64,000 nt of DNA from Cycas panzhihuaensis (taxonomy: Eukaryota; Plantae; Cycadophyta). The stretch covers positions 168,523,741-168,587,740 of the forward strand of contig CM041465.1 of assembly GCA_023213395.1 (NCBI GenBank). The letters are read 5' to 3'. The notes beneath the pieces were generated by a model that worked only from the letters and a program-made list of their open reading frames with translations, was not told the DNA's origin and did no database searches. Positions within the stretch are counted from its first letter, which is position 1; each line of letters begins with the position of its first letter. Below, one piece after another: positions 43,800 through 55,400 of this stretch. The position numbers and the translations under genes were made by a program.

Positions 43800-44995
43800 T
43801 TATCGTGATGGGCTATTTTATTCTTGATAGTCAACGTTTGCGTTGTGCCTGTAATCCACTCCGTCCGTCTATGTCCCTCTTCTTTGTAGTCATCATCCTT
43901 GCTCCCTTCTACCCTCATCATCGCTGCTAAAAGAACCCAAACAATAGCTGCTATCAATAGACCAAACCTAATTCGATGAGTTGGAGATGGATTTGTACTG
44001 ACAGTGTTTGTTTAAAGCAGTTTGATTTTTTGAGAGCTCCTGCTCAACTTTCTGCCTGTAATCCCTGATACCCTTAACATTCTGTAGGTTTCCCTTTGCA
44101 CTACATCTGACGACATTGTTCATCACCGTAGCTAAATCAAAGCACTGAGGGGCAAAAAAATAGTTCTCTAGATAGATATTTCGAATGAAAGCCGATGCCT
44201 CTGATTTGAATATTCAATGAAAGCCGATGCCTCTGATTTGAATATTTCGAACATAGCGATAGTGATAAATTCTGTAAGACACGGCTCAACGCTCAGGCCC
44301 AAAATCCCCTTTGTGGCCAAATTTTCTGTGCCTCTTTCAAAAAAAAATGGAAGCAGCGTTAGCAAAGACACATCGGAAGCCATATAGAAAGGTCAATTCG
44401 AAGTATTGTAGTTTTGGAAATGTACGTCGTACTAGACAGTAACGTTTGAGATGGCAATTTGGGAACCTGAGCATACCACAGAAGACGGTAATCCAAAAGG
44501 AAGTAAAGAACGAGTAAATCTGGCGAGATATTGTATTTAGGTTTGCTTTGCGGCTGCATATATTTGAATTTCTTTTAACGTCTCCTATCTCTCGCCCGTG
44601 ACATCGAAAATATTTGTTTATATCAATAGTCGCTCCAACTTTTATATCAAATATATTAATTTGAGAACGTATTTCAAATGCAGAGTCCTTTTTGACGGCA
44701 AGGGTATATCTTGGGAGCATGTTGTTCATTGCAAATGTGCGTCTCGTCCTATTGGAATCCACGGACTGTATCGAAGTTGCAGGTAATCGAGGCCGTTGCC
44801 TCCTCTTAGATTTGCATCACAACGACGGTCTTTAGCGCATCATAAATATTTGCGCCGTGTCATTCACGACCATATTTACTCGCAGCTTGCGTCCCATTCG
44901 TAGCTCATAATATTTGCGCACTTTAATTCTGTTTTCGATGAGTTAAGCTTAACATCATTTCATGGTGCACTTTCATTTGTATACTCATTGCTCGA
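43800..44995. promoter_or_regulatory. CpG-retaining non-repetitive island 2 (candidate unmethylated regulatory or ncRNA locus)
   Basis: High CG density, no TE motif; shares motifs with island 1 in inverted orientation. Confidence 0.45.
44184..44246. repeat. 32-bp-period tandem duplication
   Basis: AATGAAAGCCGATGCCTCTGATTTGAATATT at 44184 and 44216. Confidence 0.95.
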
Positions 44996-47009
44996 GGTAA
45001 TTGGTCAAGGTAATTTATAGTATATATTAATTTTTTTTTTTTTTTTTGAATTTTGTTTTCCATAGTTTTACAATCTTATAGCCTGCAAATTACATAGTAA
45101 AATCAAGTGATCAAAAGATCATAGTTTGAAAGGGGTACATTTATTTAAAAAATATATATTTTTTAAAATAAGTACTTAGTTATATTTCAACAAGGATAAT
45201 AAGTACCTATTTATATTTCAACAAGGATATTAGTCACTAATAGAGCCTATTTTTAAATTTATTAGTTCCAAAATATTTTATATTTCCATTCAAACAAAAT
45301 GAATATTTCTATGCCTATGTTAGGTCTTTATTGTTATATGACTATGCTAAGTCTTTATTTGATAACTTTTTAAATAATTGAAAGTTGATAAAAATTTTCT
45401 ATATAATTTATATACTAAAGGACTTTTTATCCCTTTTGAATTTTCTTATACTTTTTAATATATAACTTGGTTATAAAAATTCAGAATTGACTGCCATTTA
45501 AAGTGTTAGGTTTGTATTTTGTTCTTCTATTAAGTGAACAATTTTCAAAAAATTTTAAGATGATTTGATGCAATATTTTCATAATCAAAGTTGATATTAA
45601 TTTTTGGGTTTTCTATGAGATGATCCTTGAATAAATCTTACAAAAAATTTAGGTTGTAATTATTATTAATACAAAATTTTGTTTTGAAGCAGGTTAAGTC
45701 CAAATTGGGACACTTGTGCATGTCTCAAAGTTGAAAGAGGACAAGTTTTATTTATATTTTTTAATGGATTTATTATATTGTCTAAGTGCATTTCAATATT
45801 TCATTCAAGTATTTTACTTTTTCAAGTAGTTTACTTTAAAAATAATTTTCTTCATTATGGCCTCAAGCATAAGTAATATAATGGTGCCAAAGTTTGATGG
45901 TACTAACTTTTTAAATTAGAGTCAAAGAATGAAACTCATCTTTATGTCAAATGATGTGGGACTTGATTGAAATAGGTTATGGAGCACTTATTGGTGATGT
46001 TATTAAAGACCAGAAGAAGACCTACAAAAAGAATGAAAAATGAGATAATGAAGCATTTGTGATTATCTCTTGTATATTAAAAGATCACATTTTTCTAAGG
46101 GTTAGTGAAGCATCTATATCAAAGGAGACATAAGACATATCAAAGACCATCTACGAATAAGTTGCTACATCTAAATTACAAATATTAAGGAGTAAGTTTG
46201 AAAACTATAGGATGAATAATAATGAAAGAGTAAATGATTTCATAATAAAAATACAAAGCCTAGTCAATCAAATAAAGGTCTTAAGAGAAGTTATTACTAA
46301 ATAAATAGTGGTAGAGAAGATCTTAAGATATGTTAGTGATATTAAAAGATTTGAAATGGTTACCACAAGTATTTAGATATCTAAGGACCTAACTACCCTC
46401 AAAATTGATCAATTAATTATAATATTACTTATTGTTAAAGAGAAAAATGAGGGTAGCAAATTTTTAGAACATGTCTTTGCCACCAAAGCAAAGATTATGC
46501 CTACTCTTCAAGGTCAAAGTTCTAAGGGAGGAGGATAATCTCCTAGAGGAAGAGGTCAATAACTTAGAAATTAAAATCAATCTCATCAAAGATAAGGTCA
46601 AGTATATCAAGAGTAAGGGCAATATCATTAAGGTCAAGGATAATTTCATCGAAGTCAAAATCAAGTTCAAAATAAAAAACAAATATATTTTAAGACCACT
46701 TTTATCAAGGTCAAGGATAAAATTTTAGATCTCAAGGAATAAGTAGAGGTCAAAGTCCAAGATGTAAGAGCTAAGGACAAAGAAGAAAAAGTCCTAAAGG
46801 TAAAGGAATAATGTAATATTCATATTACCATAAAAATAGACACTTATAAGAAAATTATTTTATGAAAAGATCCAATTTATAATGGGGGACTACTAATATA
46901 TCTGTTTCTTTTAAGTTTGATAGTAAATAAAGAAGAAGATAATTGGTATATTAATTTAGAATATTCTACTTGCATGACACATAGAAAAGAATGGTTCAAG
47001 GAATTAGAC

Positions 47010-47321
47010 TGTTGGACTATGGTTAGTTCACTTGCCGAGGAGTCCTCTTCCCAAATCACCTGTGGGCTTTTGGTGTAACGGCAAGTCACAAGTGGTATCA
47101 GAGCATAGGTTCAAGGTTCAAATCCCACGCATATACCAGACAAAGCCCCTTTCCTCGATGGGGTTCCCATGCACCCCTAATTCAGGTGGAATTGTAACAC
47201 AAGCGATACATACTATGGCGACTTCCTTATCACGGAGGAGTATTGGACCATGGCTGCTTTACTTGCTGAGGAGTCCTCTTCCCAAATCACCCGCAGGCTT
47301 TTGGTGTAATGGCAAGTCACA
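47010..47321 (+). mobile_element. 312-bp miniature LTR retrotransposon (TRIM/SMART-sized) inserted in the copia protease region
   Basis: 81-bp LTRs at 47010-47090 and 47241-47321 (11 mismatches by eye, 10 transitions); PBS TGGTATCAGAGC 47093-47104; PPT GGAGGAG 47234-47240; TSD TAGAC 47005-47009 and 47322-47326. Removing it restores the host frame WFKELD|NTKRRKIIFGDN. Confidence 0.95.
47071..47125 (+). promoter_or_regulatory. Putative RNA Pol III type-2 internal promoter (A box and B box)
   Basis: A box TGGTGTAACGG 47071-47081 and B box GGTTCAAATCC 47115-47125, at tRNA-gene spacing. Activity untested. Confidence 0.55.
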
Positions 47322-50300
47322 TAGACAACACCAAAAGGAGAAAAATCATATTTGGAGATAACACCACTCAAGCTACAATTAGTAAAGATAATGTTTCCAT
47401 ATAAATAAGCTTTGAAGAAATAAGATATATCAATGATATACTTCATATCCTAGCACTTAAGAAAAAATTGTTATTAATAAGAAAAATGATGGAGCAAAAA
47501 TACAAAGTAATCTTTAGTAATAGGGGGTGTACTATTAAGAATAAGTTAAAGAATAAAGTAATAGTCATTAAAGGACAAATAACTAATGATATATTATTTA
47601 AAGTAGTCATTTTCCTAATTTGTTATTATACCTTAAAAGTTTTAACCAATATGGATAGTGAAACATGGCATAAAAGACTTGGCTATGTGAACTATAATAG
47701 TTTGGTTTTAATGAAGAAGATAGAAATAGTGATAGGACTACCTAATATTGAACATAACAAGGAAGTGTGCGAAAGATGTACACTATTTAAATAATAAAAG
47801 AAAGGGTTCCTTAATAAAAATTATAGGGTCAATGGGCCTCTTCAATTAGTACATATAGAATTATATAGACCAATGAATATGCCTTTACTTGGTGGAGCCA
47901 AGTATCTCATAACATTTGTTGATGATTTTACAAAGACAACTTAGGTTTACTTTCTCAAGATCAAGTTAGATATACTCTAATACTTCATTGACTTTAAAAA
48001 TATAATTGAAAGACAAAGTGGACATAAAATTTTGATTGTAAAACCAGATAATGGGAGAGAATTCATTTCAAATAAATTTAAGAATTACTACAGATATTTT
48101 AAGATAAGAAAATAATTTATAAATCCTTATACACCTCAATAAAATGGGGTTATAAAAAGAAAAAACATGATAATTGTTGAAATGGCAAGAAATATACTTA
48201 AGGATAAATATCTTGGTAATGAATATTAGGCATAGTTATACACACAAATGTCTATTTATTAAACAAGAATATCACCAAAGCAGTGAGATGAGTTATACCT
48301 AAAGAAGCTCAGTTAGGTTATAAACCAAGCATTAAATATTTAAGAGGTTTTGGGTGCATAACTTATTCACATATCCTTGAATAAAGGAGGACAAAATTAA
48401 ATGATAAAAGCACCAAGTATATATTTATAGGATATAATGACTCATCTGGATCCTATCAATTTTATGATTCAAAAGGCAAAAGGATTATTATGAGCAGGAA
48501 CGTCATCTTCAAGGAAGATGAATTATATTAAGAGGAAGTTGTTAAAAAGGACAAAGGTAAAAATATTATGGTTGAAGTAGATGCTAACTCAAGTGGTATA
48601 AATGTACCTAGTGCATATAAAGTAGGACCTTCTACTTTAAGCCAAAGGATCCTAAAATGGGTACAAAAGGCTTATAACCATTAAAATATCTTAGACATAA
48701 ACTTTGAGAGAAGAACAACATGATCTTAAAGGGTGAATTTTGCACTTATGACTCAAGTTATGGAGTTTGATTAACCTTATAACTTTGAAGAGGCAAATAG
48801 TCAAGATGAATGGAAGAATATAATGAAGGAAGAGTATAATACCTTAGTGAAAAATAACATATGGGAGTTAATAGAGTTGCCACCTAGAAAGAATGCCATT
48901 AAATAAAATGGGTCTGTAAGACCAAGTATAAATTAGATGGATCCATTGATAAATATAAGACAAGTTAGTTGCAAAAGGTTATGATCAAATTAAGAGTATA
49001 GATTATAATGAAACATTTACAACTATTGTAACATTAGAAATAGTTAGATCAATAATGATATTAACTACACAAAAATGTTGGGTAGTTTATCAAATGGATG
49101 TCAAAAGTGCCTTCTTGAATGACTATATAGATAAGAAAATCTATATCCAACAAATTAAGGGTTTTAAAGTGAGAGGAAAAAAAGACAATGTCTATAAACT
49201 CAAAAAGACCTTGTATGAACTCAAATAAGCACCTAAAACATGGTAGTTTAGAATTAATAAATATTCCAAGGATAAAGGATTCCAAAGAAGCCAATCAGAC
49301 CCTAATTTATATGTAAAATTAGAAGAAAGTTTAATACTAATTATGGACTTATATATGGATGACCTAGTATACAATGAGAATCATGATTACTTATCCTAGA
49401 AGTTTAAGAAAGATATGTACAAAGAATTTGAGATGATAAAATTCGGACTTATGCATTATTACTTAGGCATAGAAGTATGGCAAGATGAAAAAGGAATATT
49501 TATATCTCAAAGGAAATATACATTAGATATATTACATAAATTCAACATGGTTAGCTATAAGCCACTTGTAATACCAACAAAGATTCAGTTGAAATTATCT
49601 AAATTTGAGGAATCTTAATCAATTAATCCTACACTTTAAAAGTAGTTAATTAGGAGTCTAATTTACTTGACTTTAACTCAACTAGATATTATGTATGTAA
49701 TCAATGTAGTTTTTAGGTTTATGTCTAAGACTAAAGTAAAATATTGACAAGCAGCTAAAAAGATTATTAGGTATCTCAGAGGTACTATTAGATATGGATT
49801 ACGTTATAGGTCATAAGGGGATTACAAGTTGATTGGTTATACAGACTTAGATTGGGCAAGTTATGTAGATGATAAGAAATCTAGTTCAACATATATATTT
49901 AGTTTGGGTTCAATAGTAATAGCTTAGAGTTCAAAGAAGCAGGCAATAATATCGCTTTCTACTCTAGAAGGAGAGTACAAAGCAACTATAGTAAGATCTT
50001 ATAAAATAATTTGGCTTAGAATATTACTTTAGGATTTATAAGAAGAACATGTTACCCTATATAGTTGCTTTATAATAATCATAAACATAATTTAGATGAC
50101 TAAGAATTTAGCATTTCATGGTAGGACAAAGTACATTAAAATATAACATCACTTCATTAGAGAGTTAGTACAATAAGGTGAATTAGAATTAGTTTATTAC
50201 ATTACTAAAGATTAGGTGGTAGATATTTTCATAAAGGCACTTAGAAAAATAAAGTTTATTAAATTCATAGATAAACTTAGGGTCTCCCCAAATGAGCAGT

Positions 50301-51395
50301 ATGAGGGAGAAATATTAGAATAATATGTATATTAGGGCAAGTATCCACCTTGGGGAGATTACATGTATTGGAGTAATAACCCAAATCGATGAAGATACCT
50401 TAGCGACACTATGTCAGGTGCTTATCAATACCAGTCAGCAGTAAATATTGAGAGATATGCCCAAATCCTCTCAGTCTTATTTATTTATTTGGGGGGTTTG
50501 AAGACCTTAGTATTCATAAACGCTACCATCCTCATAAATTGATGGTTTCCCTTTATTATTTGTATTTCATTTCATTCTACAATATTTATCCTCTAATTCT
50601 ATCAACATTAGCTTTAACAACCCTAGACCATCCCCTTCTAGTTCATAAAAAAGAAATTAATAGGTCTCTACTAGAAATAAATTAGAAACATCTAAAGACT
50701 ATATATTACTAAAATAGTATACAGTGGTGTAAATTTACTAAGTTATACCATAAATTAAGGCATAATAAGAACTCCATCTAAATGAGGAATAAATAAGTAC
50801 AAAAATTAATAAGCTATAGTATGGTATAAAATTATATATATTTAAATGATTCCTCTATGCATTCATCTATATAATAAATGGTTAGGATCTCCTACTATTA
50901 GATCTTCTTTCCTAATGGTCATTAGGACCTCACATCTTAGTGTCTAGAAAGTGGCTAATAAGATAAATGATATATAACAACCAAAATAGCAAATGACATT
51001 TATGCATGTAAATGTTGTGAACCTTTTTGTTGTTTATCACTTGATCTAATCTTAGAGGATTATAAAGGATTGGTAGTATTTATGTTATACAACATTAGAT
51101 GTAGCTAGAAAAGAAGATGATATATAATACAAATAATAATGATTAACATTAAAAAAAATAAAACATATTGATAATACCTTTAAATACAAAAATTCTCATT
51201 ATTGATTATATATTTGGATATAAAACTTATCAATAATCATAATATAGGTTATAGGGAGTATGCCACAACAAAGATGATATACAATATAAAATATAAAGAA
51301 TGATTTTTGTAAATATATAATAGGTTACTTATACATTCAAATACAAATAAAGGTTAGTAGAAATCATATTGTATATTATAAGACATGGCTAAAAA

Positions 51396-51398
<3 letters not shown>

Positions 51399-51440
<42 letters not shown>

Positions 51441-51441
51441 G

Positions 51442-51473
<32 letters not shown>
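51399..51473. repeat. (CT)n(TA)n compound microsatellite
   Basis: Direct reading; abuts the 5' LTR of the next element. Confidence 0.95.
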
Positions 51474-51475
<2 letters not shown>

Positions 51476-52402
51476 CAAACTTAGTTAAGGCTAACTTCAT
51501 ATTAGGTTAGTGACTTGTGTTAATTAACCTTAAGATACAACAAGATGTAAGAATTGAGGATTTAAAGAGATATGACAAAGAGTTGTAACCACTGATTAGA
51601 TCAACCTCTATAAATATTGGGATATTATAAATATTATCCCCATAGATGTTATCAACATTAAACAAGAATGATGTATGGTGTATTAAGGTGCATTAGGCCC
51701 TAACAGGCCTAACAACCAAGGTTGAGTGATCTTGATAGGTCATGAGACCAAACTATACTCAATATAATCAAATCTTTCTATATTTGACCATGGGTTTCCT
51801 CCCATAAGGGTTTTCTATGTAAATACCTATGCATTACTCTTTGAATGCTTACTATACATGATTAAGATCTTATACTTAAGAAAACATATACAAATGTTTC
51901 TTCACATGGTATTAGAGTTGATGGAGGTATGTGGTTGAGGCAAAGTAGGTTTGGAGCTAAATCAAATCAAAGGTTATTTGGTAACACAAATGAGAGCCCC
52001 GAAGTAGTGATGTCAATTCTTTCTAACTACTAGGAGGACAAAATGGTGTTATACATTTGTAAAGATTAAGATAATAAGTTGTTCATGGCATGATTTTAAT
52101 TTATTTTCAATGTCTACTCACCATTGAATACCATAAGAAGACGTTGAAAACTTTAAAAGTGTCTGGTCTTGTTTCTACAATGTTAGGTGAAGGATAGGTA
52201 TGTGTGGACAATATAAGATGTGATTATGCTCATTCGAAGTTATAAAAATGGTTACTAAAGAATATTAGGCTCAGGTAGAAGTCGTTAGACTATCAAGAAT
52301 ATGGATTAGGTCCATTCAAAGATAATTAAGCCTTACTTTTGCATGATATGATAGAGTAAAGGTGTATTAGATATTAGTGATAGAAGTTAGGATCCACTAA
52401 AA

Positions 52403-55400
52403 TGAAGAGAAAATATAACTAAGAAGTAATGTGATAATGGAATTTTAAACCATACAAAGAACAAATAACATAAATAAATCAAGCACTTAACAAAGAATAC
52501 CAGGAGATTCAGTTCTAAGCATAGACCTTTTATTAATTTGAGAAACAACTAAAGAATTACAGAGATGAATAGACCCCAACTCTTCTCCTCGGCTCATCCA
52601 CGACCATATCATCATCCTGTGTTACATGTGCCATGACATAAGAATATATAGACACAACATTACAAGATACAACCTTGCAGTTTTATAATATAATAGGCAT
52701 AAAACATTGAGCTGATAAAAGACCCCCATAAGAGACCCAAAAGTTTTTCTCAGGGACTCCCCCCCCTGAACCCCTATCTAGGGGGCCATTGGCCCCTTAG
52801 AGCCCCCAGCCAGGGGCCTTACAACAGGCCCTTGAACCCCACAAAGGGGCTCGGGTATAATGCTTGTACCCATATAACACTTATAAAGTATTCAACATAT
52901 CTAACAATCTCTCACTTATTGAACACTTCACAAGAAAATCTACATACACAACTATTGAATGCCAAAATCACAAATATCTATTGTAATTCTACACTATTTA
53001 AATTTTTCTATGCTAACAATCTTAGTCAATGAGTCTACAATATTCTCTTATGTAGAAATATTTTGTAAATCCACCTTATGATCTTAAACTATTTCCCTCA
53101 TAAAATGGAACTACATATCAATATGCTTCAACCAAGTATGAAAAATGAGGTTCTTTACTAGGTATATTGCACTTTGACTATCACAATCTATCATCATAGC
53201 ATCTTGATTAAAACTAATATTTGTGTATAATCTCTATAATTAAACTACTTGCTTGCATGCATGAGTAGCTACCATATGCTCTGCTTCTGTGCTAGAAAGT
53301 ACCAAAACTTGTTGTCTTTTACTCATCTAGTTGATTATGCCACCACAAAGGGTAAAAATATATATGCTTGTAGATCTTGTGTTGTGAGGATCTCCAACCC
53401 AACTAGCATCAATAAAACCTCTTAGATTCATTATTCTACTCTCCATGGGATCTCCTTGATAGCAAATTCCATAGTCTGATGTACCTCGCAGATACCTGAC
53501 ATATACCTACTAACTACTCCCACTGCATGGGTAATGTCTGGTCGAATGCAAACCATCACATACATCAGCCTATCAAGAGCACTAGCATAAGGGACAAATT
53601 CCATGTCTTCAATTTCTTGGTGAGTCTCTGGGCATTGTTTAGCTAATAATTTTAAACCAACAGGAAGAGGAACATTAACTCATTTACTATCCTGCAACCT
53701 AAATTATTGTTATATTGTTTCAATATACCATCATTGGCTAAGCCAAATCTTCTTGTTTCTCCTATCTCTTTTAATCTCAATGCCCAAAATAAAATATGAA
53801 GCACCAAGGTCCTTCATCTCAAAGTAAGATGCCAGTTGGTCTTTTACAAGTTGGTTCATTCTTTTATTATTACCAACTAAAAGTATGTCATCAATATATA
53901 TAGCTAGAATAACAAAATGATCACCAACCTGCTTATAATAAACATAATAATCTACTTTTCTATGCACAAAGACATCTTCCAACATGTGTGAATTAAACTT
54001 TTGATACCACATCCTTGGTGATTATTTCAAGCTGTATAATGACTTCTTTAACCTGTACACTATATCCTCCTTTCCTATAACTTTAAACCCTTTAGACTGC
54101 AACACATAAATTTCTTCCTCGAGTTCACCATGAAGAAATGCAGTCTTCACATCCATTTGATCCACCTCAAGGTCATAGGCAGCTGCTACAACAAAAAAAA
54201 ATCTAATTGAAGCAACTTTTGTAATAAGAGAAAATACCTCACCAAAATCTATTCTCTTGACTTAAGAATAGTCGTTTGCTACAAAGCAAGCTTTGTACTT
54301 TTCCACATTACCATCTGCCTAGAATGTCTTCTTAAAGATCCATTTGTTATTAACAAGTTTTCTTCCATTAGGCAAATCCACCAAATCTCATGTATTATTT
54401 TTGTCCAAGGCCATCATTTCTTCCTACATGGCCTTCATCCAGAGTTGGCTCTCTTTTGGCTTTAGAGCCTCCTGAACAGTACCTAGATCGCTATCTATAG
54501 CAAATAAAACATAAGAGGAGGGATGAAAGTCTTTAGGAATATACCTGTTAGACTGTCTTCTCTTACGAGTTGATCTCCTCAAGATGTGGGGTTCTTGAGG
54601 TTAAGCTACCTCTAAAATTGGTTCTTACTCTTCAGTTGACTCATATTCTAATGTAGAATCTTCATCCCTTACTTCAAATTATAACTTCTTACAGTGTTCC
54701 TCCTTTGGTTCTTCATCATGCTTTAGAGACTTGAAGTCCTCTCTAAAGACAACATCATAGCTATATATAACCTTTTGTGTTTCAAGGTTATAAAGCTTAT
54801 ACCCTTTAACACAATCACCATAGCCAATGAAAATAGTCTTTTGTGCTTTAAAATCAAGCTTAGCCCTATACTATTTATGAATATGCACGAAAGCTTCACA
54901 ACTAAAAACTCTAAGATGGCCAAGAGATGGTTTCTTACCAGACCACACTTCTTTAGGTGTTTTGTATACTAAGGCAGTTGTTGGTGGTCTATTTATCAGG
55001 TAGTTTGTAATCATCACCGCCTCTACCTAGAATTTCTTCTATAATCTAGTAGCACTAAACATACTCCTTGATCTCTCCAGTAAGGTCCTATTCATCCTTT
55101 TAATAACTCCATTTTATTGTGGCATATAGGGAATTATATTTTTCCTTTCTATCCTACACTGCTTATAGAACTTCTCAAATTCCTTTGACTAAACCTCACC
55201 TCTATTATTAGACTCATAGCCAAACTAGGAATATGGCTTACATCAGGGATAGTTTTAACCCTTCCATCCCCAAATTGAACCTTTACCCTTCCATGACCTA
55301 CAATTTTATATGGGTAATGATCCATAAGAAATACCTCACCTCTATCAATCTTTGTGTATTCACAAAACTAGTCGCTATGTGGAGTAACATGAAGCAAAGC

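Larger units (their letters stand above)
45857..50607 (+). mobile_element. Degenerate Ty1/copia element (Ivana/Oryco-like) with 3' LTR 50313-50607; no adjacent 5' LTR
   Basis: MASSISNIMVPKFDGTNF, SKLQILRSKFE, VVEKILR (gag); WHKRLGYVN (pre-integrase); YMDDL and KFGLMHYYLGIEV (RT); IGYTDLDWA (RNase H); PPT GAGGGAGAAA at 50303-50312; LTR ends ATCAACA. Confidence 0.9.

Noticed and set aside
43721-43957. 78-aa minus-strand ORF with a hydrophobic, signal-peptide-like N-terminus
   Set aside because: Starts at TTG with an in-frame stop upstream and no ATG before the hydrophobic stretch; no recognisable family. Could be an exon but is unsupported.
44053-44073. Partial resemblance to miR160 (and to a miR171 site near 44280)
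   Set aside because: Requires indels and several mismatches, with no matching star arm.
44337-44762. 141-aa minus-strand ORF in island 2
   Set aside because: Non-ATG start, no recognisable domain, composition like translated non-coding DNA.
44891-44930. GTCCCATTCG resembling the snRNA upstream sequence element
   Set aside because: Imperfect match to RTCCCACATCG, no properly spaced TATA, and no snRNA, SRP or telomerase-RNA motif downstream.
47010-47321. Cassandra TRIM or a true tRNA gene
   Set aside because: No 5S rRNA similarity seen in the LTRs; anticodon and T stems do not pair as in a functional tRNA.
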